A stretch of 64,000 bases of DNA from Octopus sinensis (lineage: Eukaryota), in assembly GCF_006345805.1 (NCBI RefSeq), contig NC_043011.1:53766464-53830463 (forward strand), in the 5' to 3' direction. The first letter of the stretch is position 1. Each line of letters starts with the position of its first letter. The notes beneath the pieces were generated by a model. It did no database searches. It saw only the letters and a program-made list of their open reading frames with translations, and was not told the DNA's origin. Made by a program: the position numbers and the translations under genes. This document shows, piece after piece, positions 53,796 to 64,000 of the stretch.

Positions 53796-54559
53796 CAGAG
53801 AGAGACAGAGAGAGACAGAGAGAGAAAAAGAAATGTACTGTTTAAAACTATGAAATGTCTTGTGCATGTATGCGTGAGTGTACGTAAATAAAATAACAAA
53901 ATAAACAAAATATCAAGTGATGATGGCAACGGTGGTGGAGGTGGTGGTGGTGGAGGTGGTGGTGGTGTTGGTGGTGGTGGTGGTAGGGGAGGAGGTAATA
54001 GATCAATCAAAGATGTCGTCTGCTTCAGTCAAATTATATGTCTCTTCTGCTTCACAACTTCTCCACATATATATATTGTACCATATTTCTCTACTTCTTG
54101 CTCCTTCCTTCCAAGTTTTCTTCCTTTTTCTTCTCTCTTTCTTCCTATATTCTTTTATATGGTTTTTTTTTTGCCTTCTTCTTTTTTTTTTTATTCGCTT
54201 TATATTTTTCCCTATAAACCTTTATTTTCCTATAAATTATCAATCTTCTTCTGTTTCCTTCTTCTTTTTCGCTGTTTGTTTTTTTTTGTTGTTTGTTTTT
54301 ACTTTTTTTTTCTTACCATTCATCTTCTCTACATGAACCCGAACCCACCCTGTCCCCACCTTCACCAGCACCAGCACCAGCAGCAACGACGACGACGACG
54401 ACGACAACAACAACAACAACAACAACACCACCATCAACAATGGCTACAAAGTCGTATCTTGTAAAAATGCTGGATAAACCAACTGGAAATATTTTATTTC
54501 GTCTCCCTTACATCCTTACATCCTTACATTGTATATATACTCCAAACTAGATCTGTATA

Positions 54560-54730
54560 TGATTTGTACCTTATATATATATATATATATATATATGATG
54601 ATGATGATGATGATGATGATATATATATATATATATACATGTATATATATATTGTATATATATAATAGATATATATATATATATATATACATGTATATAT
54701 ATGTTATATATAAATAGGTAGATATAATAT

Positions 54731-54768
<38 letters not shown>

Positions 54769-55175
54769 GATAGATAGATAGATGATATAAAAAGATAGAT
54801 AGATGTATATATATATTTATATATGTTAATATATAGTATATGTGGTTGTATATATATATATGTATATATATAAAATAATATATATTATATATATATATAC
54901 ATGTATATATATGTATATATATAAATAGGTAGATATATATATATATATCTATATATATATATATATATATATATATAAGATTAATAGATAGATAGATAAA
55001 AAGATAGATAGATGTATATATATATTTATATATGTTATATATATAAGTATATGTGTATGTATATATTATAATATTATATATAGATATATATATATATATA
55101 TATATAATATATCTATATATAATATATATGTATGTATGTGTATACATATATGCATACATACATAAATACACACAG

Positions 55176-55224
<49 letters not shown>

Positions 55225-55576
55225 TATATATATATAATATATAATATATATATATATATTATATTCTAACCCCATTTTCCTTTGGAAACTTCTGCCAAAC
55301 CTCGAGGCTACATTCATCATTCTTCACGCTCTGAAGACAAGAGAATGGAGCCAAGACAGAGAGGCCAACTAGAAAATTCTACATCTAATTCTTTGTCCAT
55401 CTCTTTAATCTGTTACTAACTGTTTTATTATGACATCAACTTAGATTCACCAATCCACACATTGGCTCTGAAATTCAGTCAGGTTTCTATTTATTTGGCT
55501 GTCAGCCTTACAAAGCTAACCCAATCTCTAAAGACTACATTACTCTCTCTCTCTCTCTCTCTCTTTCTCTTGCTGT

Positions 55577-55654
<78 letters not shown>

Positions 55655-55659
55655 GTCTG

Positions 55660-55699
<40 letters not shown>

Positions 55700-55732
55700 C
55701 CTATCTATCTATCTGTCTGTCTGTCTACATAT

Positions 55733-55802
<70 letters not shown>

Positions 55803-55831
55803 CTCTGTCTGTCTGTCTATATAGCTAGCTG

Positions 55832-55915
<84 letters not shown>

Positions 55916-55960
55916 CCTTTCTAATCTATCTATCTATCTGTCTATTATCTATCCACCCAT
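54560..55960. repeat. (TA)n and (TATC)n microsatellite blocks separated by a ~280-bp unique island
   Basis: Direct inspection. Confidence 0.95.
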
Positions 55961-56063
55961 CCAACCATGTATGTATGTATGTGTACAGATTTGTATGTTT
56001 TGTTTTATGTATATCTTCTTATGCATATAATTACATGCCTAGACATGTTTATATATATCATAC

Positions 56064-56246
56064 TTAAACAATAAACTTCAGGAAAGTTTTACAGATTTTT
56101 ACAGTTCCAGTGATGGATTGGATCTGTAGTCTTCGAATTAGCTTTCTCCTTTCTGGTTTTGAGAAGCCTAATTTCTCAAGATTTGTATTTAGGCAGTGTG
56201 TTACATATCCCAGTGCCCCAACAATTACAGGTATAAACCGGAACTT
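56064..56246 (-). mobile_element. R4/Dong-like LINE 3' end (restriction-like endonuclease C-terminus)
   Basis: KFRFIPVIVGALGYVTHCLNTNLEKLGFSKPERRKLIRRLQIQSITGTVKICKTFLKFIV*. Confidence 0.85.
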
Positions 56247-58053
56247 GTATGTATGTATGTATGTGTATGTATGTATGTATGTATGTATGTATGTATGTTT
56301 GTATGTATGTATGTATGTATGCATGCATGCATGCATGCATGTATGTATGTATGTATGTATGTATGTATGTATGTATGTATGTATGTATGTATGTATGTAT
56401 GTATGTATGTATGTGTGTGTGTGTGTATGTATGTGTGTGTGTATGTATGCATATATGCAGGCATGTATCTATCCATCTGTCTGTCTGTCTGTCATATATT
56501 CCTTTATGTATTTTCTCATTTTAGAAAAAAAAAACTATCTATAAGTGCAGGTATGGTTGTGTGGTAAGAAGCTTGCTTCTGAACCATATGATTCCAGTTT
56601 CAGTCCCACTGTGTGGCACCTTGCACAAGTACCTTCTACTATAGCCTCAGTCTGACCAATGCATGTGAGTAGATTTAGTGGGTGGAAACTGAAAGAAGCC
56701 CATTTTATGTATTTATATGTCTATGTGTGTGTGTCTTTGTGTCTGCATTTGTCTACCACCAACCCTTGACAACTGGTGTTACATCCCTGTAACTTAGTGG
56801 TTCAGCAAAAAGACCTATAGAATAAGTACCAGGGTTTAAAAGAAAATAACAATTGGAGTCGATTCATTCACCAACAAAAAATTTCTTAAGGTGCCTCAGC
56901 ATGGCCACAATCAAATGACTGAAGCAAGTAAAAGATAAAAATTAAAAGAATTTCAATTTTGCTGTCGATCATTGCCAGAGTGGCTAACTGGCTTCCGTGC
57001 CGGTGGCACGTAAAAGGCACCATTCGAGCGTGATCATTACCAGCGTCACCTTACTGGCACCTGTGCTGGTGGCATGTGTAAAAAGATTTGAGCAAGGTTG
57101 TTGTCAGTACCGCCTGACCGGCCCCTGTGCTGGTGGCATGTAAAAGCACCCACTACACTCTCAGAGTGGTTGGCGTTAGGAAGGGCATCCAGCTGTAGAA
57201 ACTCTGCCAGATCAAGATTGGAGCCTGGTGCAGCCATCTGGTTCGCTAGCCCTCAGTCAAATCGTCCAACCCATGCTAGCATGGAAAGTGGACGTTAAAC
57301 GATGATGATGATGATGATGATGATATTTATGTAGTTGTTTTGTTGTAATTTTCTTGCTGTTGTTATTGTTGTCTTAGTTGTTTAACTCCAATTCAGCTCT
57401 AACTGAACAGGTCTATGATAAGCCATTCTACATCAAGCCTGAACTTGGCCATGCCCTCTTTTTTTAATATAGTTAGGTGTGAGTTGAGAGAATTTAGCTG
57501 CTATTTCTACTAGGACAAACGACCACATTGAGGCTCCTTGCTGGTTGTCTTTATTATTGTCATTGATGTTTCTGTTTCTATCATGTCTTGTATTTTGTAA
57601 TCAGTTATGGCTGGTAGGTAAGTTATCAGAGTAGAAAACAAAGGGTTAAGGGTTCAATACCCATCACTTCATCAGTATTGTGCAATAATCTATGAACTTG
57701 AATGATGATAATGATTGATGATTGCTGATGAGGAATGACACTGCTTGTGTGACAGCATCACTCATTCACAACTATTACATGACATTAAGACAAAGAAACA
57801 CAAACATAAACACACAAACACACACAAACACCAAACACACACACACATATGCATATATGATGGGCTTTGTTAGTTTTTCATGCACCAAATCCACTCATAA
57901 GAGTTCAGTTGGCCCAGGGTTATAGTAGAAACCACTTGCCCAAAATACAGCGGGCAAGGAACAACATGTCTAGGGCATCTTAGTATATCTTGCAGGATAT
58001 CCTCTTCTTTATGCATGTATCTGATGTGGCACAAGCTGCAGAGATTGATGCGA

Positions 58054-58119
<66 letters not shown>

Positions 58120-58299
58120 TATCATCATCATCATCATCGTTTAGCATCTGCTTTCCATGCTACTGGGTTGGACGGTTCAACTGGGGTCTGAGAAGCCAGA
58201 AGGCTGCACCAGGCCCAGTCTGATCTGGCAATGTTTCTACGCTGGATGCCCTTCCTAACGCCAACCACTCTGTGAGTGTAGTGTTGCTTTTTTACATGC

Positions 58300-58856
58300 C
58301 ACCGGCAGGGGTCCAGACGAGGCTGGCAACGGCCACGATCAGATGGTGCATTTTACGTGCCACTGGCACGGGGGCCAGGCGAGGCTGGCAACGGCCACGA
58401 ACGGATGGTGCTTTTTACGTGCCACTAGCACGGGGGCCAGGCGAGGCTGGCAACAGCCACGAACGGATGGTGCTTTTTACGTGCCACTGGCACGGGGCCA
58501 GGCGAGGCTGGCAACGGCCACGAACGGATGTGCTTTTTACGGGCACTGACACGGGGCCAGGCGAGGCTGGCAACGGCCACGAACGGATGGTGCTTTTTAC
58601 GTGCCACTGGCACGGGGGCCAGGCGAGGCTGCCCAAACGGCCACGAACGGATGTGCATTTTTCGTGCCACTGGCACGGGGGCCAGGCGAGGCTGGCAACG
58701 GCCACGAACGGATGGTGCATTTTACGTGCCACTGGCACGGGGGCCAGGCGAGGCTGGCAACGGCCACGAACGGATGGTGCTTTTTACGTGCCACTGGCAC
58801 GGGGGCCAGGCGAGGCTGGCAACGGCCACGAACGGATGGTGCTTTTTACATGCCAC
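58300..58856 (-). repeat. GC-rich 62-bp tandem array (~9 units) inside a family D element
   Basis: gtgccactggcacgggggccaggcgaggctggcaacggccacgaacggatggtgctttttac; unit starts at 58357, 58419, 58481, 58541, 58601, 58664, 58726 and 58788. Confidence 0.95.
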
Positions 58857-59411
58857 ACACATGCAATGGGCTACCACAAGGCATTACTCAGCCTAGAGGT
58901 GTAGTTGGTGCTGTGCAGTAGGACTGAACTCAAGACCGTGCAGTCACAAAGCAGGCTTTTTAACCACACTGCTGGACACTATTTTGGTTTACATTTTCAA
59001 GATGAACAATTTCAGAATGTCTTTTCAAACACAGCATTGGAAAGTTTTCCAACCCTGAAGAGTGGAACACCTGAAAATACCTTCAATTACAGCAGAAAGA
59101 AATCAAGATCTTAATAGGTAGGTCCTTATGAAAAAAAAAGCCCCAAAGAACTGGTTTTAATCCATGCTTCATATCTGAAGGCACACCTTTACGATTAATC
59201 AGCTGTTGCTTATTAACAGGTACTTCATTGATTACATTGATGAGGGTTCCAGTTGATCTGAACAACAGAACAGCCTGATTGTGAAATTAACGTGCAAGCG
59301 GCTGAGTATCCCTCGGACACACATACCCTTCCTGTAGGTTGTTTTTTTGGGTGGGAGTATGGCAGGGAAAAAGTGGGGAGGAGTAAAAGAACCCTACCAA
59401 ATCATACCATG

Positions 59412-59725
59412 CTGTAGGTTGTGATCTGAGGAAAACTTGGTTGCTATTTCTCATTGCTTTCTATAAGTAACCTCAAATAGTGTTGAATTTATTGCCTGCA
59501 GGTTGTGATTTGAGGAAGATTTGGTTGCTATTTCTCATTGTTTTCTATAAGTAAACTCAAATAGTGTTGAATTTATTGCCTGCAAGTTGGGATTTGAGGA
59601 AGATTTGGTTGCTATTTCTTGTACACCAAGCAACCACCATAGAAGTATTTCCATTGTTTTGTTTCAGTAGTTTTGGTGTTAAATTTATCTCAGCTTCTAA
59701 ACAGCTGCTCATGTTTTTTTTTATA
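59412..59725. repeat. Short 84-bp array (~2.5 units) plus 3' flank, paralogous to 62911-64000
   Basis: Same unit and same flank cttgtacacca...aaacagctgctcatgttt. Confidence 0.92.
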
Positions 59726-60321
59726 AGATATCTTAAGAAAAACTGTCCAAATTTATTAATTTGTGCTGGTTTTAAAATAAATGACTGGAAACTCAATATG
59801 ATGCCGAATGTGACAAGGTTGGCTCTGTACAAGTCATAAAGGAATACACACCATCACAGACACATTCACACACTCATGCACATTCATATATAGGCTGTAA
59901 GTTTCCCATTATATATTTTGTGTTGAAAATATATGTATTAGAGATTCATTTTGAATGACACGATGCAGCGTATTGTAATCGTGTGTGCTTATTAACAAGG
60001 TAACATGATCACAGTAAGAGTAATTAAGTTCACAAATTCCATGGTTGCTATCGAAATCATTTTTGACACCAGCTTTTATATATTGATTGCAGGCTTGTGT
60101 TTCCAAAAATGTATTTTTTAATCCAGTATAATTATTCATCTTTATCAGCTGAATGGACTGGAGCAACATGAAATAAAGTGTCTTGCACAAGGACACAGTG
60201 AGCTGCCAGGAATTGAACTCATGACCTTATGATTGTGAACTGAATGCCTTAATTGCTAAGCCATGTGCCTTGTTAGTCCTGAGTAAACTCTGGTGGAGAA
60301 GATCGATGATCAAAGATATTC

Positions 60322-60683
60322 TGTAACAGGATCTGGAATCGGTATCACTGAAAGGGTGTCGATCCGATCCCGTCACATACAATTTAGTAAGACATAACAG
60401 ACGAAGTCAGGTTATCGGTGAAAGACAGCAGTTTGTTTATTAATTGTGATGGTGTACGTATATCTGATGGGAAAATGACAGCCCTCTGATGTACAGCTTC
60501 TTGTTCGTTGGTTGAAGTGGTTCGATGTCGTTCGCGGCTAAGTCGGTGAGGTTATCAGAGTCTACCAAATGCACGTCTGTTCACGTTGGCTGACGGCCAG
60601 AGAGAGTGAATTGAGTTTAGCGGGCCTTAGGGATCGTTTCCCGCACATGCGCATGGGGAAGACTACACAGTAGCATCACTACA
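60322..60683 (-). mobile_element. Solo LTR (362 bp), probably Gypsy-type
   Basis: TGTA...TACA termini; 4-bp TSD ATTC at 60318-60321 and 60684-60687; minus-strand AATAAA; CpG-rich. Confidence 0.88.
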
Positions 60684-60934
60684 ATTCCAAAAGTGAATAT
60701 TCCGTTATTGTTTTCCAGATTCATGTTTTATCCTTTATCTTTTACTTGTTCCAGTTATCTTGTGGTCATGCCAGGGCACTGCCTTGAAGGGTTTAGCTGA
60801 ACAAATTGATTTCCGGACTTATTTTTTTAAAGCCTGGTGCTTATTCTATTAGTCTTTTGTGCTGAACTGTTAAGTTACAGGAACATAAACTCACCAACAC
60901 CAGTTGTTGAACGGTGATGAGGGACAAACACACA

Positions 60935-61526
60935 TCTTTATATATAAAAGTGAAGTTGTGTGTCTGTCTCCTACGATTTAGATTCCTAACTACTCCCACA
61001 TTTTGCAGTGCAGTTTAACCAAAACCGGGTATCTTATAGCCGTGATTCATATCGAGCCCTTCTGGGTATTAGTGCGCGTCAATGATTTAAAAAAAAATTT
61101 ACCATCATTTTTTTCCATTTTAATGCATTTTTTCGCTATTATATAAGGGAAGTAACTCTCTAAAATTGTCTGCGATGAGTCAACGATTTAAAAAAAATTT
61201 ACCATCATTTTTTTTCCATTTTAATGCATTTTTTCGCTATTAAATAAGGGAAGTAACTCTCTAAAAATGTCTACAATGAGTCAACGATTTAAAAAAAAAT
61301 TTACCATAATTTTTTTCCTATTTTAATGCATTTCTTTCGCTATTATATAAGGGAAGTAACTCTCTAAAAATGTCTACGATGAGTCAACGATTTAAAACAA
61401 AAATTTACCATCATTTTTTTCCCATTTTTAATGCATTATTTTGCTATTTTTTGGTTATAACTCTCTAAAAATGCTTATATAGTTATTTCCCTTACAAACC
61501 CGAGCAACGCCGGGCAATACTGCTAG
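60935..61526 (+). mobile_element. Non-autonomous Helitron with internal ~101-105-bp tandem units
   Basis: A|TC 5' end; 3' hairpin cccgagcaacgccggg then CTAG|T; no TSD; inserted in a SINE tail. Confidence 0.9.
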
Positions 61527-61897
61527 TATATACATATATCTATAATAATAACAAATAATAACAAATAATAAATATTGGTTATGTGATGATGCTTGATCGC
61601 CTACATGTTTAATCCTAACACTCTCAAATTTACATTTTGAAATGCTGCACTGAAGATGAGAAATAAGTAAGTAAATATAACTTTACTTTAATCTCGAAAC
61701 ATGTATGTAGCTAATCTGAGTCGTGTGGATTCGCTATTTTTTCTTTTTGCCTACTTAAAAAAGTGTGTTACGATCTGAGAGATCTTTATGGTAGTAGAAA
61801 AGGCATTTAACTCCTATTTCTAAATTCAGTGTGTGGTGAAGCAATTAGCTAAACCCTGATTATAATTATGTTTATAATTATAGAATATTTATACATA

Positions 61898-61940
<43 letters not shown>

Positions 61941-62379
61941 GATGGGCTTCTTTCAGTTTCCGTCTACCAAATCCACTCACAGGGCTTTGGTTGACTTGAG
62001 GACATTTGCTCAAGGTGCTACGTAGTGGGACTGAACCCATGTGATTGAGAAGCAAGTTTGCCAATCATCTCTACGTTCTGAGTTCAAATTCTGCCAAAGT
62101 CAATTTTGCTTTTCATCCTTTTGGGCTTAATGAACTAAGTACCAGTTGTGCACTGTGGGTTGATGCAATCAACTAGCCCTCTCCCTTAAAAGACTTCATG
62201 CCTTGTGCCTATAGCAGAAGGATTATTTCCCAGTGCATCTAGGACTACATTATCTGATGTGCTTTTTTTATTTCTTTAGATAATATAGTGTGATTTGAAG
62301 GAGATTTGTTTGGTATTTCTACCAAGTCAAATAAATGGCTGCACAGCAACTTTATCACTGGATCAAGAGTATGTGGTTA

Positions 62380-62559
62380 CTGTAGTAGTAGTAGTAGTAG
62401 AGTAGTAGTAGTATTAGTATTAGTATTAGTAGTAGTAGTAGTAGTAGTAGTGCAGCATCAGTAGTAGTAGTAGTAGTAGTAGTAGTATAGTAGTATCAGC
62501 TGTATAGTAGTAGTAGTATAGCAACATCATAGTAGAAGCAGCAACATAGCAGCAGCGGC

Positions 62560-62592
<33 letters not shown>

Positions 62593-62765
62593 CATAGTAG
62601 CAGTATAGTAGTAGTATAGTAGTAGTTGTAGTAGCAAGTCAACAGCAGCAGCAGCAGCACAGTAGTAGTAGCAGCAGCAGCACTAGTAGTAGTAGCATCA
62701 GCAACAGCAGCAGCAGCAGTAGTAGTAGCAGCAGTAGTAATAGTAGTAGTAGTAGTAGTAGTTAT
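62380..62765. repeat. (TAG)n/(CAG)n compound microsatellite
   Basis: Direct inspection. Confidence 0.95.
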
Positions 62766-62910
62766 TGCTGTTGTTGTGTAGCCCCATATCAGTCCTGATC
62801 AAATGTATCTGTGGCCGTAGGTACTCCAAACATGATCATCCTTCATTTTTCAAGTACATCATATCAAGGACTACAATAATCAAATGTACCATTAAAAAAA
62901 CCCCAAAATA

Positions 62911-63900
62911 CTGTAGGTTGTGATCTGAGGAAGACTTGGTTGCTATTTCTCATTGCTTTCTATAAGTAACCTCAAATAGTGTTGAATTTATTGCCTGCAG
63001 GTTGTGATCTGAGGAAGACTTGGTTGCTATTTCTCATTGCTTTCTATAAGTAACCTCAAATAGTGTTGAATTTATTGCCTGCAGGTTGTGATCTGAGGAA
63101 GACTTGGTTGCTATTTCTCATTGCTTTCTATAAGTAACCTCAAATAGTGTTGAATTTATTGCCTGCAGGTTGTGATCTGAGGAAGACTGGTGCTATTTCT
63201 CATTGCTTTCTAGTACCTCAAACATATTGAATTTATTGCCTGCAGGTCTCTGAGGAAGACTTGGTTGCCATTTTCATTGCTTTCTATAAGTACCCAAATA
63301 GTGTTGAATTTACCTGCATTGTGATCAGTAGACTTTTTTGCTATTTCTCATTTTTCAAGTAACCTCAAATATTGTATTTATTGCCTGCAGTTGGTGCTGA
63401 GGAAGATTGGTTCTAATTGCTTTCTATAAGTAACCTCAATAGTGTTGACTTTATTGCCTGCAGGTTGTGATCTGAGGAAGACTTGGTTGCATATTTCTCA
63501 TTGCTTTCTAAATTAACTCAAATAGTGTTGAATTTATTGCCTGCAGGTGGATCTGAGACGACTTTGCTATTTCTCATTGCTTTCTATAAGTAACCTCAAA
63601 TAGTGTTGAATTTATTGCCTGCAGGTTGTGATCTGAGGAAGACTTGGTTGCTATTTCTCATTGCTTTCTATAAGTAACCTCAAATAGTGTTGAATTTATT
63701 GCCTGCAGGTTGTGATCTGAGGAAGACTTGGTGCTATTCTCATTGCTTTTAAAGTCCCTCAAGGTGTTGAATTTATTGCCTGCAGGTTGTGATCTGAGGA
63801 AGACTTGGTTGCTATTTCTCATTGCTTTCTATAAGTAAACTCAAATAGTGTTGAATTTATTGCCTGCAGGTTGTAATTTGAGGAAGATGTGGTTGCTATT
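62911..63900. repeat. Tandem array of an 84-bp unit (~11-12 copies)
   Basis: gttgtgatctgaggaagacttggttgctatttctcattgctttctataagtaacctcaaatagtgttgaatttattgcctgcag starts at 62917, 63001, 63085 and onward. Confidence 0.96.
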
Positions 63901-64000
63901 TCTTGTACACCAAACAACCACCATAGAAGTATTTGCATTGTTTTGTTTCAGTAGTCTTGGTGTTAAATTTATCTCGGCTTCTAAACAGCTGCTCATGTTT

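Noticed and set aside
58300-58856. HDV-like ribozyme in the 62-bp unit (gcc-tcgcct-ggc resembles P3/L3; ggcacg/cgtgcc could be P1)
   Set aside because: I could not assign P1.1, P2 or the J4/2 catalytic C. A descriptor search would be needed.

Overview
This is eukaryotic, AT-rich, repeat-dominated DNA. The SINE families, the dense (CA/TA/ATC/TATC/TACA)n microsatellites and the transposon mix look like an octopus (coleoid cephalopod) genome; that assignment rests on recalled repeat families, not a search. I find no complete protein-coding gene, rRNA, true tRNA or CRISPR array. Most long ORFs in the track are microsatellite translations. Supported content: (1) many copies of about four SINE-type families, several with exact target-site duplications (TSDs); (2) a near full-length dead DD34D mariner and two DD37D (maT-like) transposase relics; (3) fragments of R4/Dong-like, RTE and Penelope-like retroelements; (4) three TTAA-flanked piggyBac-type MITEs, a 362-bp solo LTR and a non-autonomous Helitron; (5) tandem arrays of 133, 208, 62, 84 and ~73 bp, most built from dispersed repeats. 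A few splice-site-flanked islands may be exons of an unidentified large-intron gene (low confidence). Best leads: a type I hammerhead ribozyme fold at 50345-50392 and a second minimal hammerhead-like family (43895-43929, 12252-12286); a 59-nt pre-miRNA-shaped hairpin (41192-41250) inside a longer fold-back; a 189-nt hairpin with a G-U strand bias (31189-31377); perfect fold-back duplications at SINE ends; and a staged SINE-to-satellite conversion at 23.4-26.5 kb.
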